A stretch of DNA of 64,000 bases from Clostridia bacterium (GCA_018433015.1 JAHDSB010000017.1:456-64455), one strand, 5' to 3'. Positions 26,465 to 36,567 are shown, counted from the stretch's first letter. Numbers and translations are program-made. The notes: generated by a model not told the origin, from the letters alone.

Positions 26465-26776
26465 TTATTTTTCAGGATTAGTCTGGTTATTTAAAGTAAA
26501 TAATGAGGACATATCTAACTCATTAATCTCTAGGGCTTTTTCTAAAAGGACTTGAGCTGCTTCCTGCTCTTCAGCACTAAGATTTTTTCCTTCTTGGAAA
26601 CAAGTAATAACATTATAAGCTGTTTCTTTTTCTTTCCCTTCTAACCCCAGCTGTTCAATAAACTGCTCTTTTTCACTTTCATCCATGCTTTTTACTTTAT
26701 CAACAATTTGAGGCAGCATTGTTAAGGCCTGCATAAATTGACTTAAGCTCACGGCTAACACCACCTTCCCTATCAT
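26465..26776 (-). CDS. Hypothetical acidic protein (103 aa)
   Basis: Track ORF only. It is followed by the terminator AAAAGAGG/CCTCTTTT at about 26441-26463. Confidence 0.45.
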   Translation of the reverse strand: MIGKVVLAVSLSQFMQALTMLPQIVDKVKSMDESEKEQFIEQLGLEGKEKETAYNVITCFQEGKNLSAEEQEAAQVLLEKALEINELDMSSLFTLNNQTNPEK

Positions 26777-26891
26777 CTCTCAATAATACTATGTAATTTA
26801 TTCTAAACTGTGCATGACCCAAAAAATTTTAAATAAAAAAAGAGAAAGCCCACAACTTCCTGGCTTTCTCTCTAATTTAAATCTTTTCCAA

Positions 26892-28091
26892 TCAAGTATT
26901 GCTTACACTAGCAGCACATGCTGAAACCTTCTGCACTCTTTGTTTTCTAATTGTCCAAACTGCATAAGATGCTAATAAGAACAACACGGCACTGCCGTGA
27001 AAAGAGCTGGAGTTTCCAAAATGTTCTCCCATAAACCCTCCCATAAGAGGCCCTGTAACCGCCCCTATAGCAGTAAAACCATTTAAAGTTCCAAATACTC
27101 GACCCCTCATTTCCTCATCAACACACTGAACAATTAATACGTTACCACTAACGTTTATTGCTGCGTTACCAAAACCGTACAAAAATCGCTCTACTCCCAA
27201 CAATACAATGGATCTTGTAAAGCCCTGGACAATACTTAATCCACTACAGAATAACAAAGCACCGAACATTATATAAATATAACTTACCTTCTTTATCTTA
27301 CAAATCAAGGGGGAACCTATGGCCAATGAAACCCCTACCATGGAAAAAATTATTCCTGTAATTAATTCAGTATTGGTAGATGTTAACTCTCCAATCAGAA
27401 GAGGTAGAGTAGGCTGTATTGCAAAGTTAGACATGTACAGCATTACCATACAAAAGAAATACGTAACTAGCTGTCTATTTTTCAGAATAGCTCTCATATC
27501 ATTAAACAGCGTTATTTTTCCTTTCTGTTTAACAACCTTTTCTGTAGTTCTAAAAACTCCCAAGGATGAGGCTATACATAAGAAACCGGCAGCAACAAAC
27601 ATAACCTTTCTCATGCCTAAATATTGAACAAGACATCCTCCTACAAAAGGCCCCATAATAGCACCTATAGCTATGAAAGTATTGATTATCCCCAGAGCGT
27701 ATCCCATTTTCTCTTCCGGAGTATTAGATGCTATCAACATTATCGAAGCGGGAATAAAGCCCGAAAGTAATCCATTACATCCCCGTAAAATTAAAAGTTG
27801 CCAGTGATTAGTGGCAAATCCCATTAAAACATATGTAAAAGCAATACCAAATCCTGAACGGACCAGCATTACTCTTTTACCATACCTGTCCGCTAAAGCT
27901 CCCCACACAGGCGCCATCAAAGCATACGTTAAAAAGTTCAAAGAAATAATGTAACCTGACCAAATGGACAGGTTTTCATGTAATCCTAATTCCTGCAAAA
28001 AAACAGGTAAAAAGGGATTTGTCATTGTAAAAGCTATATTTCCAATAAACGTTGCAAGTGATAGAGCCCATAAATTCGTGCGCCACCGCAT
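26892..28091 (-). CDS. MFS transporter
   Basis: 12-TM layout and the motif-A-like GALADRYGKR. Confidence 0.85.
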   Translation of the reverse strand: MRWRTNLWALSLATFIGNIAFTMTNPFLPVFLQELGLHENLSIWSGYIISLNFLTYALMAPVWGALADRYGKRVMLVRSGFGIAFTYVLMGFATNHWQLLILRGCNGLLSGFIPASIMLIASNTPEEKMGYALGIINTFIAIGAIMGPFVGGCLVQYLGMRKVMFVAAGFLCIASSLGVFRTTEKVVKQKGKITLFNDMRAILKNRQLVTYFFCMVMLYMSNFAIQPTLPLLIGELTSTNTELITGIIFSMVGVSLAIGSPLICKIKKVSYIYIMFGALLFCSGLSIVQGFTRSIVLLGVERFLYGFGNAAINVSGNVLIVQCVDEEMRGRVFGTLNGFTAIGAVTGPLMGGFMGEHFGNSSSFHGSAVLFLLASYAVWTIRKQRVQKVSACAASVSNT

Positions 28092-28152
28092 ATTTCTTCA
28101 TCTCCTTTATGATACTCCTAAATTGTGATTATATCATATCTTACAGATTTAT

Positions 28153-28602
28153 TCAACATGAGATTATTTTTTCCAGGCAGGCTCGAAAACGCTCATCATC
28201 TTTTTTATTTCGGGCTTTTTGACCTTTAGTCCTGCCTCCTAAACGGCGTACTTTAGCTTTAAGATGTCTTTCTTCCAAAAGAAAATCTATTTTTTCTTTT
28301 TCATAAATAAAGCCCCGCGGAGATATTACTTTAGCACCTTTTCCTATAAGAACGGCAGCCAATCCCCAATCCTGGGTTATGATAATGTCACCTTTATTAC
28401 TTAAATTAACAATCTCTAAATCAGCAGCCTGAGATTCATCACCCACCACTATATGACGATATTCTCCTGATTGTTGATGTTTATAGGATGCAACAGCTAT
28501 CATTTCCCATCCGTACCTTTGGGCTAAAACATAAGATATTTCTTTGACCCTTCGCGGACAGCCATCTGCATCTATAATAATGCGCCCCAAATTTTTTTTC
28601 AC
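28153..28602 (-). CDS. YaiI/YqxD family protein (DUF188)
   Basis: N-terminal IIIDADGCPR motif. The size is typical of the family. Confidence 0.75.
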   Translation of the reverse strand: MKKNLGRIIIDADGCPRRVKEISYVLAQRYGWEMIAVASYKHQQSGEYRHIVVGDESQAADLEIVNLSNKGDIIITQDWGLAAVLIGKGAKVISPRGFIYEKEKIDFLLEERHLKAKVRRLGGRTKGQKARNKKDDERFRACLEKIISC

Positions 28603-28680
28603 AACAATGCCTCTCTCTATGTATTTTTTAAATTGTTTTGCAAAATATATTATTAAATATTAAATAAAGGAGGTATAAAT

Positions 28681-28881
28681 TTGCCTGAAGTTTATTGTAC
28701 TGTCAACACCTGTCAATATTATCAACCTGGTAACAAATGCACAGCTAATAAAATTGTTATCCAATCTGATAATGCCGGGGGTCATTCCTCCGGAGAACAA
28801 CTTAGTCAATTATCTGTTACTCCAGCTGAATCTAATGACGCCACATGTTGCCAAACTTTTATCAAGTATAATCAAGCATAA
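28681..28881 (+). CDS. DUF1540-like small cysteine-rich protein (66 aa)
   Basis: Track ORF (TTG start 8 nt after AGGAGG). Contains CTVNTCQYY...NKCTA...ATCCQTF. Terminator AAAAAGCCGA/TCGGCTTTTT lies at about 28896-28920. Confidence 0.65.
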   Translation: MPEVYCTVNTCQYYQPGNKCTANKIVIQSDNAGGHSSGEQLSQLSVTPAESNDATCCQTFIKYNQA

Positions 28882-28929
28882 TATTTCTTGAAAAAAAGCC
28901 GAATTTTAAATCGGCTTTTTAATTTATTG

Positions 28930-31900
28930 CTAACTAACCTGTTCATTATTTATCCTGGTACCATTAGCGCTATCTTTACTTAGCATAATAATATTATCTG
29001 TAATAGCATCGAAAGTATCATCATGACTTATCACCAGTATTTGTCTAAACTCCTTAGTTACAGCGGGAATAAGCTGGGCTAAATTGTTACGTCTTTTATC
29101 ATCAAGGTTTGCAGTAGGTTCATCAAATATGCCAATACTCAAGCCTGATAGATGCTTTAACAACGCTAAACGAATAGCTAAAGCTGCTGTCATTTTTTCT
29201 CCCCCAGATAACTGGGTGAAAGTTCTTTCCCTTTCCTGTCCCCTCACATTATCTATAATCTTCACTTCATAATCATCAGCCCATAATAAATGAACATTTT
29301 CTTTAGCAATCTGATGATAAAGTAAATCAGCCTCTCTTCCTAAATATTGTCGATATACTTCCGCCATCTTTTCTCCACTTTTATTTAAAGTGGATCTAAC
29401 AATATCCAACAGTTTCCGTGCTTTTTGGGTTTTAATTATCTCTTTTTTAATATCATTAATTTGCAGTTGAATTTTTTCTTTTTCTGCTACCAATGTTTTA
29501 TACCTTTCAGCTTCTTGGGTCGACCGTTTAAAATCCTCTTCACTTCTTCCTTTTTCTTGTACAACTTCATCCCGTTTTTTCTGAATTTTAAGCAGCAATT
29601 CTGCATCATAATTCTCCTGCAAATTAGTAAATAACTTTTCTAATTCCTGTATTTTCCCTAACCGCAAACCTTCTAAGTTTTCCAGTTCTTTTAGTTCTCC
29701 AGCTAAAGTTGCTTTTTTATCAGCACCATCTTTATTTTGCATATATTGCACATAACAGGCTTCATTTTTTGTCAGTAACTTTTTATTTTCTTCCCAATCT
29801 TGATCTAAATCTCGATATTCCTGTAATTTATCTGACAACCTCTTAAGCTCCTGTTCATTTTGAGCAAGTTCCTTTTCCTTTTTCTCTAATGTCTTATCAT
29901 CTTCAATTTTTTGCAAATTCATTTTAATCTTTTTATAATTTTCTCGCAATGATAAGAGCTTAGCATCAAGGGAAGCTATATGGGCTCCCCATATTTGCAA
30001 CAAAACATTAAAGCCTGCATCTCCTGCTTTTTCAAGATTATCTAGCGCATTTTTTACCTCTTCAAGTCTGTTAATAAGAATTTTATAGTTGTTGTCCTCA
30101 GGGGCTATCGTTTGTTTATTAGCCATAAATATAGCCTGATAAGAAGAACAATATTTTTCCGTTGCTTGCCCAAATACTGCAATCACAAGGGAAATATCTC
30201 GTTCTACGGCCATATCCTTATTTTCAGAGTTAATTTTTTTAAAGATAAGTTCTATTTTTTGGGCATTTTCTTGTAATATCTTTATAAAACTCGGTTCTAG
30301 AACTTCCTGAAACTTCTGCTTTTCTTGTTCTAATTTTATTTCTATTTCTTTTATTTTGACTTTTACTTCTTGTTGTTGTTCTTTTTGCTGCTTTAATCCC
30401 AAGTACTTTTCCTGAGCTTTTTTACTTGATTTAACCTGAATCTCCAGCTGTTCCTTTTCCTCTGTCACTTTTTTTAATTGGGGATACACTTTCTTTAATT
30501 CTTTATTAAAGTGTAGTTCTAGATTTCCTCCCTCTATATTTTGACAGGGGACCTGAAGAAAAGGGCACAAACCTCCCTGGGTAGCTTTACAATTCTCTTC
30601 CAGAGTAGCTGCTTTACTTCTATATTGATATAACTTCTCTTCTAATATATGTAATTTATTTTCTAAAACAGGAACATTTAGAGCCTCCTTTTCTATTTCC
30701 GCCCAGAGACTTAAAGCCTTATCCAATTTGTTCTCTTCATTTTTAAAGTATCGATGATTTTCTAGCAAAGCAAGGAATGTTCCATGCCCTTGCTGATACT
30801 TGTCAAGGATTTTATCTAGCAATGTACCCCGTTCCTTTATTTCCTCTAACTCGTTTTGCCATGATTCATATTTACTTTTTCGCTCCAAAGCCTGCTTTTT
30901 TTGTAGTGCTGTTTTTTCTCCCTCAGTTTTTATTTCTGTTAATTCTTTTTCCCCTTCTTCCAGCTGGTGCTTACGAGTATCTTTTTTACTAGCGATTTCT
31001 GTTTTCAAAGCAATGATCTGGTTTTGTATCACTTGCTCCTTTTTGCCCATATCTTCTTTGCTCTTACGTTTAACTTCCAACTGTTTCTGAAGATCTTGAT
31101 ACTGTAAATATCTTAAATAGCCTTCTTTAGCCTCTATCACTTTTTGTTCACAGCCTAAAGCTATTTCTAAATCTTTCATTATCCGTTGCTTTTGCTCCCT
31201 TAAGGATTTAAGGTATATCTTATTCTCCTGAATTGCTTTCTCCGTACTTAGGAGTGATTCTTTTAGTTTTTCTTGTTCTGTTATCTTCCTTTCTAAATCT
31301 TTCAAAGCTGCTGTTAAAATTTCCAACTTACCTTTTAATTCTTGTACGCGCGTTAAATTTCCCAGTAATTGTTCTCTACAATAGGGTAAATCTTCTACAC
31401 GGACTAATAAATTTTTCTCTTCACTTTCTTTAGTTAAGATACTTTTATCTAAAAGTGAAGTTAACCCTGCTGTCTTTTCAAAAGCTTGCCGATAGGTCTC
31501 TAATTGGAGAATTGTATTAAATATTCTTTTTCTTTCCTTGGCTCTTTCCAAAAAAGGCTGAGTAAATTTTCCTTGGGAAACACCAATAACATCTTCAAAA
31601 AGAAGGGAAGGATCCAGACCTTTGTTTAAACCTAAGTTTTCTGCTAACCAAACTTTGACATCCTGATTTCCATGCAAACTGTCTATTTCCGCTTCAGTTT
31701 CCAGATCATAAATAGTCCAAGAACCTCCTGAAGGTATGCGAATACGGCGAACAATGCGGTAAAATCTTTCATCATCTGCTTCTACTACAAGAGAAATAGT
31801 GCCCTTTTTTTCCCCTTCTCGTACAAATTGTCGGAGGTTTGAAAAGGGATTTGAATCAAAAAGAGCATAACCTACTGCCTCAATAATAGTTGATTTTCCG

Positions 31901-32001
31901 GCACCATTGACACCAGAAATAAAGTTTACCCCTTCATAAAAAGGAATAGTCTCCTGGACATAACTTTTTATATTTTCTAATGTAAGGCTGATAAGCTTCA
32001 T
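28930..32001 (-). CDS. SbcC/Rad50-family ATPase (SbcC or YhaN-like)
   Basis: N-terminal Walker A GVNGAGKST. About 700 aa of coiled coil. C-terminal signature LSGGEKMTAALA and Walker B IGIFDEPT. Overlaps the nuclease gene by 4 nt. Confidence 0.85.
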   Translation of the reverse strand: MKLISLTLENIKSYVQETIPFYEGVNFISGVNGAGKSTIIEAVGYALFDSNPFSNLRQFVREGEKKGTISLVVEADDERFYRIVRRIRIPSGGSWTIYDLETEAEIDSLHGNQDVKVWLAENLGLNKGLDPSLLFEDVIGVSQGKFTQPFLERAKERKRIFNTILQLETYRQAFEKTAGLTSLLDKSILTKESEEKNLLVRVEDLPYCREQLLGNLTRVQELKGKLEILTAALKDLERKITEQEKLKESLLSTEKAIQENKIYLKSLREQKQRIMKDLEIALGCEQKVIEAKEGYLRYLQYQDLQKQLEVKRKSKEDMGKKEQVIQNQIIALKTEIASKKDTRKHQLEEGEKELTEIKTEGEKTALQKKQALERKSKYESWQNELEEIKERGTLLDKILDKYQQGHGTFLALLENHRYFKNEENKLDKALSLWAEIEKEALNVPVLENKLHILEEKLYQYRSKAATLEENCKATQGGLCPFLQVPCQNIEGGNLELHFNKELKKVYPQLKKVTEEKEQLEIQVKSSKKAQEKYLGLKQQKEQQQEVKVKIKEIEIKLEQEKQKFQEVLEPSFIKILQENAQKIELIFKKINSENKDMAVERDISLVIAVFGQATEKYCSSYQAIFMANKQTIAPEDNNYKILINRLEEVKNALDNLEKAGDAGFNVLLQIWGAHIASLDAKLLSLRENYKKIKMNLQKIEDDKTLEKKEKELAQNEQELKRLSDKLQEYRDLDQDWEENKKLLTKNEACYVQYMQNKDGADKKATLAGELKELENLEGLRLGKIQELEKLFTNLQENYDAELLLKIQKKRDEVVQEKGRSEEDFKRSTQEAERYKTLVAEKEKIQLQINDIKKEIIKTQKARKLLDIVRSTLNKSGEKMAEVYRQYLGREADLLYHQIAKENVHLLWADDYEVKIIDNVRGQERERTFTQLSGGEKMTAALAIRLALLKHLSGLSIGIFDEPTANLDDKRRNNLAQLIPAVTKEFRQILVISHDDTFDAITDNIIMLSKDSANGTRINNEQVS

Positions 32002-33302
32002 TCCTTAACACCTTCTTTATGGCCTGCTTCTTGTCCCACATCACTATTTTCCGTTATTAAGTCTTCTCCATAATGAAGTAACATCTCTATAAGTTCTTTA
32101 GGTTCCTCCCCTATAAGGGCCATTTCTTTGATGTCTTGCACAACTTTAATAGCAGTATCCAAAGCTTCCTCTTGCAAAAAATGATCTGCGCCAAGGAGCT
32201 GAGCAAAAACCAGTTTTTCTATTTCCTCTCTTTTAGCCGATGCTCCCCCTTGCAAAGTCTGTTCTTCCGGCAAATTAGTATTATTTATGATTTCTACATA
32301 CAGAGAGGAAAAATCACTTTTAATTTTTTCACTTAGTACTTTTAAATCTAATTTTAAAGGACTGTATTGTATTTTCCCTTGCAATATTATCTGCACTTGG
32401 GCTCCTGGGGAAGGCCTATGTTCCATTAATTGTTTATAAATAAGATCATAAGCATCATCAGGAGAAATACTTTCATTCAAGCTTATTATTTGACGGTAAA
32501 CAGGTCGATAGCTGCTGGAAATATGTTGTACCTCTGTCTCTTTTTCCCTGACCTTTACATAGTAGAACCCTTTTTCTTTATTAGGCCCATATTCATCCAA
32601 ATGTACGCATTCCAAGGACCCGGGATTGAAAAGCCAGTTGTCCACTTCATAACGACTATGAATATGCCCTAATGCTACGTAATCTATATACTCACGGAAA
32701 GGTTCTATAACCTCTTGTTTAATGCCACCTAAATCTTGAGCCATTAACCTATTGATAGCTGCGTGAAGCATTAATATAGTATATTTTTTATCTTCCCCTT
32801 GATTTTCTAAATAAACTTGTATTTCCGGTAAACGGCTACCTGATGTAACCCCCAAGTAGCTGATGCCATATATCCTAACCCCTGGCGGTAAGTCTAACCA
32901 GGAACCTGTTCTAGTCTCTTCATCCCAGGGTTTTAAAACCAGATGCCCCTCTTCAAACTCAGGCATCAGTAAAAACAGATACCCCTGCTTATTAAGAAAT
33001 TGTAGCCAGGAATTCTTATCCTGATAAAAGGCTTTATCATGGTTACCTTCGATGGCAATCACAGGTATCTCTGCCTCTCGTAAAGGGGTTAGTAATTCTA
33101 CAGCTTGTCCTAAGGTTTCAGCATTGATACTCCTTTTATGAAAAAAATCACCGCTAACTAAAACAAAAGCGACTTTTTTATCTAAAGCAAAAGTAACAAC
33201 CTGCTTAAATGCCTGGGCAAAATCTTGAAAACGCTGGGGTTCATTAAACTGCTGGTGACCTAAATGTACATCTGCACAATGTATAAAAGAAAATTCTTGC
33301 AA
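31998..33302 (-). CDS. SbcD/Mre11-family nuclease (SbcD or YhaO-like metallophosphoesterase)
   Basis: Motifs HCADVHLG, SGDFFH, GNHD and LGHIH. TTG start follows GAGGTG. Confidence 0.85.
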   Translation of the reverse strand: MQEFSFIHCADVHLGHQQFNEPQRFQDFAQAFKQVVTFALDKKVAFVLVSGDFFHKRSINAETLGQAVELLTPLREAEIPVIAIEGNHDKAFYQDKNSWLQFLNKQGYLFLLMPEFEEGHLVLKPWDEETRTGSWLDLPPGVRIYGISYLGVTSGSRLPEIQVYLENQGEDKKYTILMLHAAINRLMAQDLGGIKQEVIEPFREYIDYVALGHIHSRYEVDNWLFNPGSLECVHLDEYGPNKEKGFYYVKVREKETEVQHISSSYRPVYRQIISLNESISPDDAYDLIYKQLMEHRPSPGAQVQIILQGKIQYSPLKLDLKVLSEKIKSDFSSLYVEIINNTNLPEEQTLQGGASAKREEIEKLVFAQLLGADHFLQEEALDTAIKVVQDIKEMALIGEEPKELIEMLLHYGEDLITENSDVGQEAGHKEGVKE

Positions 33303-33373
33303 TCAAGACACCTCATTTTTTAAGCTCTTCCCTTTATTATACCAGCAGGAAACACCCTCTACCAGAAACTAAA

Positions 33374-33895
33374 TTATATAACCTGCTTATCCTTCTGTAT
33401 CATTGGACCTTTTAAGATTCCACTTTTTTCAAATAGATTTAATACCATATACCCAATTAAACTGCCCCCTAATGTACTTACTAAAAATGGTATTACGAAG
33501 AAAAATACAGCTACCTCTTTTCCGATTAAATATTTAGCTATGGGATAAGCAGCTATACCACCTAATAATCCTGTACCTACCACTTCCCCTAGAGCAGCCC
33601 AGGATTTTCTCTGAGTCATTTTAAAAACTATTCCTGCTAAAAGGGCACCAAACATACTGCCGGGAAAGGCCAGTAAAGAACCTGTGCCCAACATATTTCT
33701 CAGCAATGAAATAAGGAAGGCATTAGCTAGCCCATACATAGGGCCAAGCATAACTGCTGTTATTACATTAATAGCATGCTGTATAGGAAAACATTTTGCC
33801 ACACCTACCGGAATATACACCAGATGAGCCGACATTGTTCCCACAGCAATTAATAGTGCTGAGAGTGTGAGTTTTTTTACATTCATAACTTCCAT
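33374..33895 (-). CDS. thiW: ECF transporter S component for a thiazole/thiamine precursor, ThiW
   Basis: Six-TM protein with ThiW-like FPGSMFGALLAG. A TPP riboswitch lies directly upstream. Confidence 0.75.
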   Translation of the reverse strand: MEVMNVKKLTLSALLIAVGTMSAHLVYIPVGVAKCFPIQHAINVITAVMLGPMYGLANAFLISLLRNMLGTGSLLAFPGSMFGALLAGIVFKMTQRKSWAALGEVVGTGLLGGIAAYPIAKYLIGKEVAVFFFVIPFLVSTLGGSLIGYMVLNLFEKSGILKGPMIQKDKQVI

Positions 33896-33961
33896 CTCCT
33901 TTTTTATACTTTATTGGACAACCTCCCTGATGGGTGATTACTTAGTTAGTAAAGAAAGTAT

Positions 33962-34106
33962 AAAAAAACACGTACCCTGTCAGGAATACGCGTATTCTCT
34001 AAAATAAAAATAACTTTCATTTCCTACGCTGGTATTACCCAGATCAGGTTCAAGGGTTAAAAAGCTAAAGCGCTTTTCTCTCAGCCGGCCTACCGGCACC
34101 CCGAGT
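33962..34106 (-). promoter_or_regulatory. TPP (THI-box) riboswitch with a terminator expression platform
   Basis: The minus strand reads CUCGGGGUGCCGGUAGGCCGGCUGAGAGAAAAGCGCUUUAGCUUUUUAACCCUUGAACCUGAUCUGGGUAAUACCAGCGUAGGAAAUG. It contains the conserved CUGAGA and ACCUGAUCUGGNUAAUACCAGCG elements. It is followed by the ACGCGUA/UACGUGU hairpin and UUUUUUU. Confidence 0.9.
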
Positions 34107-34187
34107 TATCCAATATTTGATTTTCTATCTATATTGTACAGTTATTAACTCTAAAAAAACAAGTTTTTTAGCTACTTTTTTCAACCT

Positions 34188-35498
34188 CTAAAATCTGTTT
34201 AATCTATAGCCAAACATTTTATTGAGCAAGGCTTCCTCAACCTCATATACATCATGCTCATCCTTTACATCAATATCACCTTGCATCAACTGACTAAAAC
34301 CAATCATTCCTAAGCCCTTTTCAAAGCGCCTTTCTTCCACATACGTGTTCATAAAGTACCCAGGAACATCTTCAACTAGATAACGTACAGTCATAACTAA
34401 TTGATGATTCTTCATTTGGGTATAAAATGTTTTACCTTCATACTCCATCTTCACGATTTGCGCTTTCATCGTCTTTTTACTTCCCTCGAAATCTATGGTT
34501 TGTTCCCAACTATTACCTACTTTCAAGGGTAATTTAATAATAATAGGCTCACGGAGCTTTGAATTTACTTCCTTCTTTTTCTCTCTGGTATTCTTTAATA
34601 CCTTTTCAGTCACAGTACCCTCAACATAATCAAATAAATATTCTATTTGGAAATTGCCAGGAATACCTGAACCATCAAGAAATAGTCCATCAAATTCATA
34701 TATTTGTTGCTCCTCATTTTCACTCTTTTTTTGCAACTGACCAGCATGGGCATATTCTGCTAAACCATAATAATTTAGGCGCGTACCAAGGGGTGGCAAG
34801 AAAGATAATAAATCCACCTTTTCTTTGGGACCAGAGGCGTCAGCATATAGTTTGTAACCAATCACCATGGATTTTTCCTCATCACCCATCCACAATTTTT
34901 CAAAAGAAATAACACCCTGCTTTTCTTTTATTTGACGTTTTTCATAAAAGTTGCTGTTCTTATCTTGATACTGTACTGTATATACTTTGCCATCTTCTGC
35001 CTCTTTAATTTCACTTATGGTGCAAGCTAGTTGATATTCTTTACCTGCCTTATCGCGTACAGTTTGTTCCCATTTAGCGTCTTTTTCTAAAGGTAAGCGC
35101 AAAAGCTCTATTTCAGTAAAAGTATCCATCATCATTTCTGCCTTCGCTAATTTTTGCACTAGGATCTGGTCTTTAATAATATACTGCCCATCTATACTAA
35201 AATCCGCTTTTGCTTCACCATCTGATAAATCTTCTACTCCTCCTGTAAAGTGATAAATCTGTTCTTTTTCTTGCTTATCTATGGAATCAATCCGCATATT
35301 GTGCCCATAATCAGCAAAGCCGCTATAAACCCAGAAATACCCTATTTCTTTAGGCAGCACTGCCTCTAGGCCTTCTGTTTCCGTTACCTCTGTCTGACCT
35401 TGGGGCGCAGGCTTCTGACCTGTATTGCATCCTACCAAGACAATAATTCCTAAAAGCAAAATTCCTAGATAAACAGTAATTTGCTTTAATTTCATCAT
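34188..35498 (-). CDS. Lipoprotein of unknown function
   Basis: Track ORF 34188..35507. The ATG at 35498 follows GAGGTG. Lipobox LVGCNTG. Confidence 0.6.
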   Translation of the reverse strand: MMKLKQITVYLGILLLGIIVLVGCNTGQKPAPQGQTEVTETEGLEAVLPKEIGYFWVYSGFADYGHNMRIDSIDKQEKEQIYHFTGGVEDLSDGEAKADFSIDGQYIIKDQILVQKLAKAEMMMDTFTEIELLRLPLEKDAKWEQTVRDKAGKEYQLACTISEIKEAEDGKVYTVQYQDKNSNFYEKRQIKEKQGVISFEKLWMGDEEKSMVIGYKLYADASGPKEKVDLLSFLPPLGTRLNYYGLAEYAHAGQLQKKSENEEQQIYEFDGLFLDGSGIPGNFQIEYLFDYVEGTVTEKVLKNTREKKKEVNSKLREPIIIKLPLKVGNSWEQTIDFEGSKKTMKAQIVKMEYEGKTFYTQMKNHQLVMTVRYLVEDVPGYFMNTYVEERRFEKGLGMIGFSQLMQGDIDVKDEHDVYEVEEALLNKMFGYRLNRF

Positions 35499-35580
35499 TA
35501 TAAACACCTCATGAATTTATAGTTTGGCTATTGTTATTTATTCCCAACAAAGCCCTTGTTTTATCCCTTTTATCTCCTTC

Positions 35581-36405
35581 TTATTCCTGTAAAAACATCT
35601 TTTTTAATTCTTTTTGTATAGCTTCATCTTTGTGATAGGTAGCGGCAAAGACATGGGCTATTGTCATGGGCATTACTTCTGTTAATACTTTTATGCCTTC
35701 GGCTGTACATCCACCGGGAGTTGCTACTCGTTTAATCAAATCTTGGAAAGCAAGCTGCTGCTCTTCCAATAATAAGGCTGTGCCGTGCATAGTTTCAATG
35801 GCCATTTCATTTGCTAGCTGGGAAGGTATACCTTGGTTCTCGGCTTCTTTAGCTAAAGAGCCAATCATATAGGCCATAAAGGCGGGCCCACAACTTGTCA
35901 CATCTCCGGCAGCACGATATAAGTTTTCCGGCAACTCGTAGTATTTTCCTAAAACTTTTAAATATGGCATTAGTTTTTCCTTTTCTTCCTGTTCTACTCC
36001 CTTTCCCCAGGTCAATAAGGTTACACCTCTCCCTGTGATTTGGGTCACACTGGGATAGATGCGTACAATTCTCCCCTCAATAATTTTTTCTAATTCACTT
36101 AAAGCAGGTGCCAATAAGGTAGATACAAGTAACTTATCAGGGGAAAATACTGTTCCGGTTTTACTCAAGACACTCTGCAAATCATTAGGTTTAACACAAA
36201 TAAAGATAAGATCAGAAGCGGCAACTAATTTCTGATAGTCCGTATATATCTGAATTTTAGGATATCTCTTTTTTAAAATTAAGGCCTTTTCCTGTGTCCT
36301 ATTTAAAATATTGATATCCTCAGCCCTAACACTGTCACTTTGTAAAAACCGAGTAATTAGCATACTGCCCATACTTCCCGTTCCAATAAACCCTACTTTA
36401 TGCAA
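35581..36405 (-). CDS. Pyrroline-5-carboxylate reductase family protein (ProC/ComER-like)
   Basis: N-terminal Rossmann motif GFIGTGSMG. C-terminal P5CR dimerisation region (TPGGCTAEG). Confidence 0.75.
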   Translation of the reverse strand: MHKVGFIGTGSMGSMLITRFLQSDSVRAEDINILNRTQEKALILKKRYPKIQIYTDYQKLVAASDLIFICVKPNDLQSVLSKTGTVFSPDKLLVSTLLAPALSELEKIIEGRIVRIYPSVTQITGRGVTLLTWGKGVEQEEKEKLMPYLKVLGKYYELPENLYRAAGDVTSCGPAFMAYMIGSLAKEAENQGIPSQLANEMAIETMHGTALLLEEQQLAFQDLIKRVATPGGCTAEGIKVLTEVMPMTIAHVFAATYHKDEAIQKELKKMFLQE

Positions 36406-36472
36406 ATTATCTCCTCCTTAGTGGAATTCTCCCCTTGGCCTAATTATATACAAATATAACATAAATTTTAAA

Positions 36473-36517
36473 GACACAATTCATCTTTCGAAAAATGAGC
36501 GGAAGATGAATTGTGTC
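36473..36517. terminator. Long hairpin terminator between lepB and the proC-like gene
   Basis: Perfect 15-bp stem GACACAATTCATCTT / AAGATGAATTGTGTC. T-rich on both sides. Confidence 0.75.
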
Positions 36518-36567
36518 TTTTCTCTGCTAAGAAATATTTGTCTGTGGACCAACAGCTACCGAATTTA

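Noticed and set aside
29084-31433. Several plus-strand ORFs inside the SbcC-like gene (29084.., 29425.., 30777.., 30800.., 31233..).
   Set aside because: They are Phe/Leu/Ser-rich antisense frames of a Lys/Glu-rich coiled-coil gene, which makes them classic shadow ORFs.
36473-36517. The 15-bp perfect hairpin, considered as a possible small RNA or a REP-like repeat.
   Set aside because: It is a single copy in the window. It sits exactly between two co-oriented genes and has T-runs on both sides, so a bidirectional terminator is the simplest explanation.
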